DNA from: Eledone cirrhosa | Taxonomy: Eukaryota | Assembly (NCBI GenBank): GCA_964016885.1 | Contig: OZ024743.1 | Span: forward strand, 24,428,001 to 24,492,000 | DNA: 64,000 nucleotides | Direction of reading: 5' to 3' | In this document: positions 14,470 to 27,995 of the stretch, one piece after another | How positions within the stretch are numbered: the first letter of the stretch is position 1 | Layout: each line of letters opens with the position of its first letter | Made by a program: the position numbers and the translations under genes | Notes under the pieces: model-generated | The model's database searches: none | Seen by the model: the letters and a program-made list of their open reading frames with translations, nothing else | Told to the model about the DNA's origin: nothing

Positions 14470-14473
<4 letters not shown>
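13891..14473 (-). mobile_element. Retrozyme-like element: 439-bp monomer plus 142-bp terminal redundancy
   Basis: Direct repeats 13891-14032 and 14330-14471, internal hammerhead, (TA)n on both sides. Confidence 0.8.
14027..14076 (-). ncRNA. Type I hammerhead ribozyme (minimal)
   Basis: GAGCTTTA-CTGATGA-aGGGT(GAT)ACCCa-GAAACA(TTAG)TGTC/TGCAGTTC. Confidence 0.75.
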
Positions 14474-14521
<48 letters not shown>

Positions 14522-14525
<4 letters not shown>

Positions 14526-14784
14526 AAAATGAGGCTTTTTTTCCAAAATGGAAAAAAACGAGATGTCCTACACGAGTGAAAGTATAAGGAAAAAAGATGG
14601 AGTCGAAAATGTAACTGGAGTCTTTTAAAGAATATTTATTTGTTTTCTTTACCGGTTTCACAGTTCTTATGCGAGAAAAACCACAAACCATCCATCTCAA
14701 TTATACTTTTGAAAAGCATAAGAACTGTGAAACTGGTAAAGAAAACAAATAAATATTCTTAAAAAGACTCCAGCTACATTTTCG
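14522..14784 (-). mobile_element. Fold-back element family B, second copy
   Basis: Tail homologous to 12309-12380; arms ~14604-14672 and 14716-14784 with a 43-nt loop; TTGAAAA-GCAT..CTGT-GAAAC.GGTA retained. Confidence 0.8.
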
Positions 14785-15474
14785 TTGTCCCAATAACTTA
14801 TTTTAGTTATTGCTCGCACCAACGTGAGGTATATGATTTTTAATGCGATGAAATACCAATGATCGTTGGCAAATCACTGATGAGGGACTAATTTTATAAT
14901 ATGTAATCCATGTGCAACCATGCAGTATTCTTCTCCCCATATTTTTCATATATTTACCTAAACTGCGATTCTCTGTTTCTCTCTTTCTCTCTTACTGCTC
15001 CCTCGTTCTCTCTGTTTCTCTTACTTTCTTTCGTCCCCTCTGTCAGTTAACACTTTCTCTCGACTGACCTCTTCCCTCTTCCTCGCACTTCCACTCACTC
15101 ACTCTCTGTTTCTACCCTTCTTATTTCCTCCCGTTCGCTAGGAGTCAGATTTTCCTTCTTTCTCACATCTCACTCACAGCGAAAGGTCTATTTCCTACAC
15201 GCTCATGAATTCACCCAGTTTATACTGATCGAATAACCATGTTGCTTGTTTTTTCTTCCCATCTTCGGTTAGCCTTCCCTTCGTGTTGTTTACTTGTCTC
15301 ACTCGCTTTACGCGTTTCACTTGTCCCAATAACTTATTTTAGTTATTGCTCGCACCAACGTGAGGTATATGATTTTTAATGCGATGAAATACCAATGATC
15401 TTTGGCAAATCACTGATGAGGGACTAATTTTATAATATATAATCCATGTGCAACCATGCAGTATTCTTCTCCCC

Positions 15475-15481
<7 letters not shown>
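14785..15481 (+). mobile_element. Element with ~160-bp terminal direct repeats (offset 536)
   Basis: 14785-14945 is nearly identical to 15321-15481; each repeat contains CTGATGAGG; pyrimidine-rich interior; ends in (TA)n. Strand is tentative. Confidence 0.65.
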
Positions 15482-15518
<37 letters not shown>

Positions 15519-15521
<3 letters not shown>

Positions 15522-16006
15522 CGGCGATGAATTTGTTTTGCGAGGTTTTTGATATGAAATCGTGTGTCGAAACAAATATTGTTGTACTTGAGGAGGGTCA
15601 TATTGTTGTAATAATATTGCCAGAAATAACAACAGAACACACTCACTGTTTGGTTGGTTTTGCTTCTGTATTTTTTATATCTCCACAGTTAATTCATTCG
15701 ATCCGCAATGTTTACCATTGACTGATGAACGGTCAAAAATACAGATATAATATAGACATAAACACATATATATAGTCTAACAAAGTTCTTTCGTTGCACA
15801 TCTGCAACATCATCGGTGGTACTATTATGTTCCTCCTGTTGTATTGTATATCTACACCATTTTTATTTCATTTATTTATTTATAATGAATTAACTGTGGA
15901 GATATAAAAGATACAGAAACGAAAACCAACCAAACAATGAATGTGTTCTGTTGTTATTTCTGGCAATATTATTACAACAATATGACCCTCCCCAAGTACA
16001 ACAATA
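15519..16006. mobile_element. Fold-back element (arms 15576-15698 / 15884-16006)
   Basis: ~120-bp inverted repeat, unique extension on the left, (TA)n on both sides. Confidence 0.7.
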
Positions 16007-16019
16007 TATATATATATAT

Positions 16020-16341
16020 GAGAGTATTGAAGTTTGCTTGAAGCATTGTGGAACAATAAGTAAATATCTTTAAGTCGTTTGGAAGCCTCGACAATGCAAA
16101 TGGGTAAATCGGGTAACAAGGTCCGGTGGTGGAGAGAGAGATGTAAGTGGGTGTACGTTGAGATGCGTGGTGTGTATAAGATGTGAGAGATGTGTAGAAT
16201 GAAGGGAAGAGTATAAAGGATCTTATACACACCACGCATCTCAACGTACTCCCACTTACATCTCTCTCTCCACCACCGGACCTTGTTACCCGGAGATTTA
16301 CCCATTTGCATTGTCGAGGCTTCCAAACGACTTAAAGATAT
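16020..16341. mobile_element. Fold-back element (arms 16064-16182 / 16220-16341)
   Basis: Near-perfect inverted arms, unique 44-bp extension on the left, (TA)n on both sides; ~28-bp stub of the same arm at 6476-6506. Confidence 0.75.
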
Positions 16342-16358
16342 ATATATATATATATATA

Positions 16359-16532
16359 TAGGAAAAAGTATGACGCCGACGGCAGAGCTCAAGCCGTTTC
16401 GACGGCTATTTCTGAGTCCAGAAATATCCGTCGAGCTCTGCCGTCGGGGTCATACTTTTTCCTATTTCCCACTCTACTACCCTAAGTATTGAGTACTCTG
16501 GTCCATCTGGTTCCTTACCACATTTCCTTTGT

Positions 16533-16534
<2 letters not shown>
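16359..16534 (+). mobile_element. Fold-back element family C, second copy
   Basis: Hairpin TAGGAAAAAGTATGAC..GTCATACTTTTTCCTA plus the shared tail. Confidence 0.75.
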
Positions 16535-16619
<85 letters not shown>

Positions 16620-16654
16620 GTATATATATATATTTATAAACATATATATATATA

Positions 16655-16904
<250 letters not shown>

Positions 16905-16906
16905 TT

Positions 16907-17005
<99 letters not shown>

Positions 17006-17008
17006 ATT

Positions 17009-17043
<35 letters not shown>

Positions 17044-17085
17044 ACGATATTAAACAAATGGAAACTATATTTATAAAACCATATT

Positions 17086-17151
17086 TATTTCGTTATATAT
17101 ATTTCTGGGATATCATATTAAAAATATGGTATGCCTTCCTCAGACAAAATA
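17086..17151 (-). ncRNA. Type I hammerhead ribozyme (inverted copy)
   Basis: Exact reverse complement of 17211-17276. Confidence 0.7.
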
Positions 17152-17210
17152 CAATATATAAGCTGTTTTATAAATAATTTTGACATACCTTAGATTGACA
17201 TACCTTATTG

Positions 17211-17276
17211 TATTTTGTCTGAGGAAGGCATACCATATTTTTAATATGATATCCCAGAAATATATATAACGAAATA
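17211..17276 (+). ncRNA. Type I hammerhead ribozyme
   Basis: TATTTTGT-CTGAGGA-stem II (GG.ATA.CATATT/AATATG.TAT.CC)-GAAA-TATATA-TA/ACGAAATA, overlapping AATAAA. Confidence 0.75.
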
Positions 17277-17407
17277 AATATGGTTTTATAAATATAGTTT
17301 CCATTTGTTTAATATCGTAAACCTACTCCAAAAACTGTTGAGTGCTTTTATATCAGTTATAAAATATTTACTCGTTGTAACCCAACAATTTTAAATAAAA
17401 CTTTTGC

Positions 17408-17894
<487 letters not shown>

Positions 17895-18440
17895 TAATTG
17901 ATAGAGAGAAGGGATTGGGAGAGATTGTTGTATGGTAGATATAGAGAGGGGGACAGTGTGGTGGTGATTAGTATAGAGAGGGGAATGAAAATGACAGTGT
18001 CATCGTAGATATAAAAGGTGGGGAGTTTAGTGTTGATTGATATAGAGAGGAGGTTTAGAAGAGAGTAGTACCACGTAGTACATATAAAGAGAGGGAGAGT
18101 ATAGTGGCAATTGATATAGAGAGGGGTATTGAAAGTTAATGTTGTATTTTAGATATAGAGAGGGGGAAAGTTTGTTGGTAAGGTATATAGAGAGGCGGAT
18201 TCAGAGATTGGAGAGTGTAGTGGTAATTAATATAGGGAATGGTATTGGAAGTGAGTGCCGTGTGGTAAATATAGAGAGGGGGGAAATGTAGTATTGATTG
18301 ATATAATATATATATAGAGTGTTGTATATTAGATATAGAAAGAGGAAGAGTTTGTTGGTTGAAGATATAGGAAGGGGATAATAAGAGAGTGTTGTGTTGT
18401 AGATATAGAGAGGAGGAGAGTTTGGTGGTGATTGATATAT
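17895..18440. repeat. Degenerate GATATAGAGAGG minisatellite, interrupted by the LINE and resuming at 23820-24020
   Basis: Recurring GTGGTAATTGATATAGAGAGGG-like motif every ~30-40 bp. Confidence 0.7.
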
Positions 18441-18689
18441 ATTTCTATTTATTTGCCACCAGGGCATCAAAGATTGGGACAAATACAAAGGGGGGAGTTT
18501 ACATACATTTAAAAAGACGTGTAAAAAACATATAACAAATTAAATTTAACAATCGATGTCCTCAATAGGGAGGGGCGTTGACATGGGTCGCCCCCCCCCC
18601 CCCCCCCCAAAAAAAAATGTGCAACCCTCCTCTTCAGGAGCACAAAGAGCGGGTACTTCCTTCCTCTTCTCATTCTTCTCCTCTCTCAC

Positions 18690-21600
18690 CTACAGGCTGA
18701 TATAGAGAGAAGGTCCATTCACTCGGGCCATTCTCGCTACTTTCACCCATCTTTCATAAAACTTGCTGGGGTAGAGCACCTCTCTCTCCCTTCTGATCCT
18801 TCTTCTAAAGTGGTACTTGAAAAAAAAGACCAGTTGTTGGCCGGAGAGATAGGTGTCTGACCTCAGCCCTTTCAACCTTGTCCACCATACAAATTCTTTC
18901 GCCATGGCTATCACACAGAGGAAAACGGCCTCTGCTTCGTTTTTGAAAGGGGGAGGCGGTTTGATTGCGACAATGTTCTCGGTGGTCAACCGGATTGGTC
19001 CCACCCGCGACAGTAGTCGTTCTACATAGCCCCACAGGTCAGCAACGCCCGGGCAATGTACGAATGCGTGTGCGACGGTTTCCTCGTCACGCACGCATCT
19101 TGGACAGATCTTCTTCGAGGGGTCCCTACCCGGGCGCCCGTGTCTGTAGAGCTTGTCCCGAACGGGTAGAGCTCCTCGGTAACATTGCCAAGCCAGGGAC
19201 TTTTGGAAGTTGTCCATCGGTCCCGGGCCAAACGTCCTACCGAACAGACTGGCCAGCTCGTCTTCCTCCATGCCCAGAGCCTCTCCGAGAGCGTCGTCGC
19301 ACTTACTGCGCACCAACCCTCTATAGAATGTTAAGGTTGAGTCTCCACTGATTGCCGGATCCGCTTGCCAGAGGGCCGTGAGCATCTGGGCACATTCAAT
19401 GTGCCAGTCGCCCACTTTTCTCTGTCTTTGCTTGACTCAGGATTGCAGCTCGGTGAGTGAGACGAGTCTCGGAAAGGCTCGCCTTACAAACAGGGCCCAC
19501 ACCGGCTGACCGGTGAGGAATACCTGGAGGTGCCGTAGCCTTAATGCGTGTCTACGCATCGTCAGCCACGGCATCCCCAACCCTCCGTTCGAAGGGTGTT
19601 GACAGCAGATGGATCTTCTTACCAAAGGAGCCCGCTTCTTCCAAAGAAATCGGAAGAGCGCGCGCTCCATTTTGGCGAGTGTTTTCTCTGGGCAAGGCAC
19701 GACGGTCAAGCGGTATTAGATGACGGACGCTATATAAGCGTTCGCCACCTCCGCTCGACCTTTCAGGGATAGTTTGCACTCGGCCCACTTCTGGGCGAGT
19801 GCAAACACCTTGCCCGTTACCTCGTCCCAGTTTTTCTCCACCTGGAGGTCCGGTCCGAACCAGACCCCGAGCAGCTTCACCGGTCCCTCCGTCCAGCGTC
19901 CAACGATGCCGTCGGAGGGCATCGTTTTGCCCCTCCACGTCCCGAGTTGCAAACCGACGGACTTGTCCCGTATCAGCTTGGCTCCTGTGAACCTTTCATA
20001 TTCCTCCAGTAAGGTGCCGATCTGCCCGATTTCCGAGGCGCACGACACCATTACTGTCACGTCATCGGTGTAGGCCGACACCGCTTTCCGCAATCCCAGT
20101 TCCAAGGGGATGCCCTGCAACAGCTCCAGCTTCCTCAGTAGTGGCTCGAGAGCCATCACATACAGGAGGGGGGAGAGAGGGCATCCCTGTCGAATGGATC
20201 GCGTGATTTGGAACGGCTCCGAGAGGTAGCCGTTCACCTTGACCCTCGAGCAGGTGTTGCTGCTGTTCATTGCAGCAATCCAGCCCCTGAAAACGGGTCC
20301 GAAGCCTGCCGTCGCGAGCACCGCATCCAGGTACCGATGGTCAACCCTATCGAACACTTTAGATTGATCCAAGTTGATCAGGGCCCCACCAAAGCCGGGT
20401 TCGTTCCCTACCCTCTCTACGATGTATCGCATGAGGTGGAGGTTGTCGTGTATGGACCTGGACGGGATTGCGCATGTCTGCGCTTCTCCCACCAGGTTCC
20501 CGACGACAAGCGCCAACCTCTTCGCTAACACCTTGGCCAAAATCTTTAACTCTGTGTTTAGCAGAGTTATGGGCCTGAAGTTATCTATGTCATCCCCCTT
20601 GTTCTCGTCCTTCCTCACCGGCGTGACTACACCCTTGGTCACAGAACTGGGAATTCTCCCGTTCTGTTGCCAGTTGCAGTAGACCGCCTCGAGGAGACCG
20701 GAGAACAAGCCCGGCATTGCTACTTAAAGTTCGTATGGTAGACCATCGAGACCCGGAGATTTGCGTTTGCCGCATTGGCTCAGCGCTTCCCCTATTTCAG
20801 CGGCTGAAATCGGCCTCTCGCAGGACTTCGCCTCCCCGTCCGAGAGCCGCGCCAGACCGTCGAGGTATGGACCGAAATCCATGGCCCCACCCGGCCCGCC
20901 TCCCCTCCCGAACAGTCGTGCAAAGCGCCGTTGAAAGGCCACGCTCATCCGCTCAGGTTCAAGGATCACGCGTCCATCCTGGTCCTTCAAAGACCGAATC
21001 GTGGACTTGTTTCCACTTTTTGCCTCTGTCACTCGGGCCTAGCTAACAGCTTTGGCTCCCTCGTTACCCAGAGCACGCATTTTACTCCTGACAACGCAGC
21101 CCTCGTGCTTCGCATCAAAGAACTGGTCTAGGGCCGTTCTTGACGCCAGCACGCTGGCCACGTTGCCACTCCTAATCGCCTCTTCTACTCTATTTGTTAA
21201 TTCCCTTTCAGTTCTATTCCTATCTGATGCTAATTCCCGACTAAAACCTATCGATTCTATTCTAATTTCTCTCTTGAGAGAGCCCCACCACCTGTTGTTG
21301 ACAATTGCCCCCGTCAAACGCTGCTTAACTAGTGTGCTAATCCGCTTACTGTAAGCTTTGTTTGTCGGTAAAGACAAGTTTAGCTTCCAGTAATCGGGTC
21401 CCTGTCTATGAGTTCTATCAAGGTTGACCACTCCGGTCAACAACTTGTGATCCGAATAGTCAACCATGAACATTCGTGGACAGCTTAATATGTCCCTATC
21501 CTTATTTCTAACTAGGAACCTATCTAGGTACGACCTGGATGTTCCGCTGCGATTACTCCACGTCCACCGTGGCACAGTCGGAAAATCCAGTCGATATCTA

Positions 21601-22102
21601 TCGGCCAGATCAAATCGGCCGATTAATCGTTTGAGGCTGTTACACCCCCCTCTATCGTGACATGCCCCTACATAGTCCCAACGTGCATCCAGGATACCAT
21701 TCCAGTCTCCCACTAAAAGCAAGGAGCGAGACGTTCCCAGGAAATTCTCCAGGCGTCGGAAGAAGTCCGGTCGCGATGTCCCAGATGGGGCATACGCTGC
21801 CACCAGCCTGAAAGCTCCACCTTCACCACTGCCGACGTCTAAATCCACCAGTCGACCCTCCGGGTCCAGGTGTACCTTCTGTGTGGCAAGACCCAGGTAT
21901 TTTCGCAGCAGAACGACAACCCCACCCCCACCCCTCGGCTGACAGAGAGATGCGTAGATCTCAAAGTCGTCGAAGATGGGGGCCAGTTGGCGCTCGTTTC
22001 TGATCCTGGACTCGCAAATAACCATTACATCCACTCTGTGCGACCTGAAGTCATTTAAGAGTTTGCCCTGTTTCCAGGACATCCCCAAGCCGCGTGCATT
22101 CA
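18690..22102 (-). pseudogene. LINE ORF2 (AP endonuclease, reverse transcriptase, C-terminal zinc finger), disrupted
   Basis: NARGL, GDWN, YLDR, SDHK (APE); FRPITLLN, LDQSKVFD, RQGCPLSP, YTDD (RT); CPRC-x8-H-x4-C; broken by frameshifts and stops. Confidence 0.92.
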
Positions 22103-23626
22103 TTTTCCATGGGGTGTTGGAAGGGTTGTTTGGTGGGGTGGTGGTTTGTGGTGGGGTGAGGACATCAGTGTGTGGTGGGATTAGGGTGTTTGGTGGGGTG
22201 TGGGTGTCTGGTGTGGGGGTGGGGAAACATCTCAATAGGACGCTGTTATGTGGTTTGGTGCAGTTGGTCCCCACATGCATTGGATGGTTCTTTTTCAAAG
22301 TTACATAGGTTTCCGTTGGGACCTTAATCATCATTAGGTGCGGTTTGTTCGCTGCGTAGGTGAAAGTGATCCCTTCGGTTTCCACCGAAGGGTTATTTTC
22401 TATCGCTTTCATCAACCTTTTATTGTTCTTGTTAATGTATGTATAGAGTTTTTGTTGTGTTGCGTTTGTTTTTGTTTGTTTTTCTTGCGCGTGTTTGCGT
22501 TTTGTAGTACGTGTTATGTTTTGGGGAGGGGTGGGTTTTTTTTATTTGTGATGTTTGTTCTGTTTGTGCTGGTGGTTGTGTGTTTGTGGCATTTTTGTTA
22601 ATGTGGTGCCTTTTTTTTTTCCTTTTCACCTGTTGAAAGGGTTCTCCCTCGTCGTCACTGGGTGACGTTGATACGGAGTCCTCTTCCGTGTTGTTGGGGA
22701 GGGGTATATTTTGGGGTTTTGTTGTGGTTGCTTTTGTATTTGTTTTAGGTGGGGAGGGGTTGGGTGGAACAGTGTTTTGTGTTGTTATTTTTCCGTGTTG
22801 TTGTTGTGGTGGTGGTGGTGGTGGCTGTGTTGTTGTGTTCGGGGTTGGCAGAAGAGCCTTTTTTTTTTTACTCGTTAATTGAGGACAGGCAGCCCTCAGG
22901 TGACCCCTGCTTAAGCAGTGGTAACATGACGGCCGCCTTCCCTCTACTGAAATGTTTATATAAGTTAGCCCGTCCAGAGGCATGCGTTGTGGGATATTCG
23001 CTATTCGTTCTGGGCTCATTTGCACCAGAACTTCTACGGTGGTCCCACCAAATACCGGAGGACTTTCCTATTGAAATTATCTTGTCTTCGTCAAAGTTTA
23101 TTATTCCACATACTATCCACCAAATGTTTACATTTTGTGATAATTGAGCTGGTTTTCTTGTTACGTTCGATATTGTCCTGAAAACCACAGTTTTCAGGAC
23201 AGCCTCTCTACGTAATTCCTGTGGAGAATTGATGCTAAAAACAGCGTTTTCGCCAAAAGTCACGAATTGTTTTGCGTCTTGTAATAGTTGTTTAGCATTT
23301 GTTATGTCTATTGGCGTGTATAGTTCGTTTTTTTTTACGGTCTGTGCAAATGTTGTTTTGCAGTTGTTGTCTTTCGTGTTACTGTCACTGTTGGTAATAT
23401 TGGTGTTGCTATTGTTGCAGTTGTTGGTTGTGGTGTTGTTGTCATTGTTCTTGTTGTTGGTGCTGGTATTATTTACCGGGTTTGGTTTCGCGGTTTCGAT
23501 ATTTTCCACGTTTTTCGATGATACGAGGGGGGACGGCTGCAAGCTTTGTACTCCTACCTTCCCTCCACCACTTTTCTTAGTGCGCGTGGCACTCACGACA
23601 GTGTGCGAGGTGGAAATGGCATCCAT
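22103..23626 (-). pseudogene. LINE ORF1 (gag-like, zinc knuckle), frameshifted
   Basis: CYHCLSRGHLRAAC (CX2CX4HX4C), Asn-rich N-terminus; homologous to ORF1 of copy 2. Confidence 0.85.
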
Positions 23627-24171
23627 TGCCACCAAGTCTACAGTTTTTAGATGAAAATTGAAAATTTCGCCCCAGAAAGGGGCGAAAATTTGTTGACTTA
23701 GCGTCTGACGGCCAAGGCAAGGGGCTAAACCAAACAATGTTATTAAATTGATCAATAAACTCACAGTTTTTTTGACAACAATCCGTAAAAATCCGGAGCA
23801 AAGTAAATCACGTCTATATCAAGTGGTAATTGATATAGAGAGGTTGATTGACAGAGAAGTCCGTGTAGTAGACCTAGAGAGGGGGATAGTTTGGTGGTAA
23901 TTGATATAGAGAGGGGAATTGGGAGAGAGTGTTGTATGGTAGATATAGAGAGAGGGAGAATGTAGTGGTGATTTATATATAGTGGGAGATATATATATAG
24001 ATATAGAGAGGGGAAATATTAATTTATTATGGTTCAGTGATGAGCCTTGTTACTCTGGAATTTCACCTGTGTACTCACTAGATCATCAGACAAGACTGGT
24101 GATCCTGTCAGTGAGCAGGTGAAACGTTTGAGTAACAACGCTCACCCATAGCCCTAATACATTTATGTGAA

Positions 24172-24300
24172 GGCGCGTGGCTGACTGGTTAGAGAACTGG
24201 ATTTGCAATCGTGAGGTTGTGAGTTCGATTCCTGGACAAGGCGATGTGTTATGTCCTTCGGCAAGATACTTTATTTCACGCTGCTCCTTCTACCTTGAGT
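24172..24300 (+). mobile_element. tRNA-derived SINE, family 2 (5' part)
   Basis: GGCGCGTGGCTGACTGGTTAG...GAGTTCGATTCC head followed by TGTCCTTCGGCAAGATACTT. Confidence 0.65.
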
Positions 24301-24640
24301 TGCGACCCATAGATAGTGTTAGCAATTGGAAAGACGAACGGGAAAACATATATATATATGTAAAAGGTAAACAGAAATAAAAACACAATCGGTACAGTAT
24401 ATGAAAGGAATATATTAGGTTAACGCTTTATATAGCAGGAAGTGGGTATTAATGTTTCGGACGTTAGTCCTTCATCGGTAGAAAGAATGAAAAATAAGAT
24501 AGATTGAGGGGACGGGCGGGCTGGAATAGAAAAAGATGTCTTTGGAGATTAATAAATTGGGTATAATACCAGTTTCTTACCAAATGCGTAGAAACATTAT
24601 TAACCCCTTAGGAATGGATACTGAGCATAAATGTTTTTTA

Positions 24641-24699
<59 letters not shown>

Positions 24700-24991
24700 C
24701 AAATATAAACGGTGTCATAGACTTGCGTTATTCCCTGTAAATTGTGCTCAAAAGAAAAGGAATCCTGAGCTCTTCAAAATACAATATGTAGAAAGGATAA
24801 CACAGAATCCTTTTGGATGTGTACCCGTGTGATATATAGTTATAGAGGTGCGTATACACGTTTTGTTTATATTTTTCATTATTATGTGTCTACCTTACCT
24901 TCCGTAGTTTATAGATTCCATACACTGATGGTTTCCCTGTTTTTTGATCGCACACACTCCCTCTCTCTCTAGTGTGTTATCTTTTCTACAT

Positions 24992-25025
<34 letters not shown>

Positions 25026-25029
<4 letters not shown>

Positions 25030-25280
25030 GGCGGTGGAACTGGAGGGAATTGGGGGACATGCCTCTCCCCTTCGCAATAATTTAATATTATTCTCCCCAA
25101 ACTACCAAAACACACATCTATTTGGATATGCGCTACTATTTATATACATCTTATGTTTATCGCATATCGAAATTTTCTGACTATGTTAGGGCGCAAAAAG
25201 CGAAACTAATCACTACAACTAAATTGACCTACTTTACCCTCCACCCCCACCCCATTTCAGAAATGCTTCCACTGCCCCTG
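25026..25280. mobile_element. hAT-like MITE
   Basis: TIRs CAGAGGCGGTGGAA / TTCCACTGCCCCTG. Confidence 0.6.
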
Positions 25281-25471
25281 ATGTACATACATACATAAAA
25301 ATTTATGAAATTATAAACCCAGAACATACATACATACTTTTTTATTTACTTGAAGCTGTGATAAAGAACACTCGTCCAGGGATTCATACAGTGAGATTTA
25401 TTCAGGTTCTATATGCCCACAGTGCCAATATTTAACCATGTGGCTATGCATGTCCCCCAAATAACAACATA

Positions 25472-25842
25472 CCGTATTTCCCGGCGTCGAAGACGCTACT
25501 TTTTTCCTAAAATAAGTCTCAAAAATCTACCATCCTTCCTGGAGGCCGAAGGTTGTTTATTATTTTTTTTCAAAAGGGCGGTGGATTGGCAATATCTGTA
25601 GAGGGTCGGACGCCATGCTTTCCAGCATAGTTACGTCCCTTTACGATCTGAGTTCAAATCCCGCCGAGGTTGACTTTGCCTTTCATCCTTACGGGGTCGA
25701 TAAAATAAAGTACCAGTAATGCACTGGGTAATTGCTGGCCTTGTGCCTAAAGTAGAAACAATTATTTTTTTTTTAAAGTTTTGTTTGTCAAAATTAGGGT
25801 GCGTCCTCGAGGACGAAGCGTCTTCGGCGCCGGGAAATACGG
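25472..25842. mobile_element. Tc1/mariner(pogo)-like MITE with nested SINE
   Basis: 26-bp TIRs CCGTATTTCCCGGCG(T/C)CGAAGACGCT with TA target duplication. Confidence 0.8.
25576..25765 (+). mobile_element. tRNA-derived SINE, family 1, nested in the MITE
   Basis: Full head, B-box, core and tail. Confidence 0.88.
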
Positions 25843-26487
25843 TACCTTACGTCGGGTAAGAGATCCTCTACTTAATGGGCTTATCCTGCTTGAAATAATA
25901 ACTAATTCTTCATATATTATTGGAATAATAAAAGGAAAATGACACCGGAGAGTGTAGTCTGAGGTAGGCCCAGAAAACCAACAGATATATAGATGAACAT
26001 TACACGCAGACATACATGCACATACACATACACACAAATACATACATACAGAGTGACATTTACATACATACATGCATACATGGTGGCTGCCAACTCGTTT
26101 TCAAGTACGGCCACTACTTTATATCCATGTAGCAGAACCCCTACCGATGCGCTAAACAAGTGTGACTTTTTACTCCAGCCAGCGACTTGAAAACTCTGGT
26201 ACAAACACTACACTTGTGACAATTATTGACACATAGTGCTGGGCCCATGGTACCATGTGACGACAAGTGCAGAGAGATCTCCAGATATAAAGCAATGCCT
26301 GTGCCGTGAAGCTTTTATAGTGAGAAAAGGCACTGCACAAAGCCAGTCCCACTCTCTTAACCAAGATGATATTTACCAAAAAGAATAACAAGTCAACATC
26401 ATTGGATACCATCAGGGTTGCAGGTGTTATATCAGAGTTTTCCTTCTCCTAGAATTCTGCCTTGACAAAGGCTAAGGGGTCATCTCT

Positions 26488-26980
26488 ATGTATGTATGTA
26501 TGTATGTATGTATGTATGTATGTATGTATGTATGTATGTATGTATGTATGCATGCATCCATGCATACATACATATATTCATACATACATATATTCATACA
26601 TACATACATACAAATACATACATACAGGCAGACAGACAGGCAGACAGACATAGAGACATTAAAAATACATACATATATTCATACATACATATATTCATAC
26701 ATACATACACACAAATACATACATGTAGGCAGACAGCATGCATAGAGACATTTACATACATACATACATCATATATATATATATTCATACATGCATACAT
26801 AAATACATAAAAACATATATACATATATACATGCACACATACAACATATATACATATATACATGCATACATAAATACATACAAACATATATACATACATA
26901 CAAACATATATACATACATGCATACATAAATACATTCAAAAATACATACACACATACATACATATATATATATATATACA
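26488..26980. repeat. (TATG)n/(TACA)n microsatellite
   Basis: Tetranucleotide repeats in both orientations. Confidence 0.9.
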
Positions 26981-27638
26981 CAAATCTACATACAGATATT
27001 TACAATAATAGACACATTAGGAGAGGGAGAAATATATAGAGAGAATGAGACGTACAAACATACACATTCTAGCTGTCATATATGCAGATACACATTAACA
27101 AACAGTCAGACATATTAATGGTCCTTTCTAAGTGAAGCACCATTTAAAACACCTTATCACTAAGTATTCTGACCTGGTGCAGTACTTATTCGTTAATGGG
27201 TCTCCAAGATAGTTCCAGTGTCATGTAATTAAAACCATAAATTCAACAAACGCCATATTTTTTTCTTTTCTTTCTAAATCAGTTAAAAGAAGTGTGAAGC
27301 TAAACATCTTTGACTAGACAACGCTTCAATGACAAAGAATTTATTCTTTTAGTCCTTTGTTACTTTTGTATTTCTTTTTTTTTTACATGTGTGTATGTGT
27401 GCATGCATTTGTATGCTTGTATCTCTATGTGACAAGTATGTGTGGGGGTTTTTTACGTTTTTTTGTTGTTTTTTTTCTATTTTGTTTTTTATTTCCAATT
27501 TAATCTTTTCGAAATAAATTAATTCGAGATCTGTAGAAATTACAAAGCAAAAGATATTTTAAATAAATATGATAAAAAGAAACATATAACATAAACACAT
27601 ACATATATACGTACATAGGCACACATTTACACACACAC

Positions 27639-27789
<151 letters not shown>

Positions 27790-27874
27790 TACACATATAT
27801 ATATACACATATATATATATATTTATATATATATACACATATATATATATATACACACACATATATATATACAC

Positions 27875-27907
<33 letters not shown>

Positions 27908-27948
27908 TATATATATATATATATACACACATATATATATATATATAT

Positions 27949-27995
<47 letters not shown>

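Larger units (their letters stand above)
18441..23815 (-). mobile_element. L1/Tx1-clade non-LTR retrotransposon, near full length, copy 1 (inactive)
   Basis: ORF1 with CCHC knuckle, ORF2 with APE-RT-zf domains, 3' AATAAA, 5' end AGACGTG shared with copy 2. Confidence 0.92.

Noticed and set aside
24040-24145. Imperfect ~105-bp hairpin
   Set aside because: Single copy with no TSD or family seen; cannot be classified
24172-24250. Possible tRNA gene (also 47390-47460)
   Set aside because: Continues into a SINE body and lacks a clean cloverleaf and acceptor stem
24536-24630. IINPLGMD as a Penelope GIY-YIG C-terminus
   Set aside because: Too short, with no upstream GIY-YIG motifs
26085-26480. 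Possible RTE-related fragment (also 380-530 and 985-1200)
   Set aside because: Higher-complexity sequence but no motif I can identify with confidence
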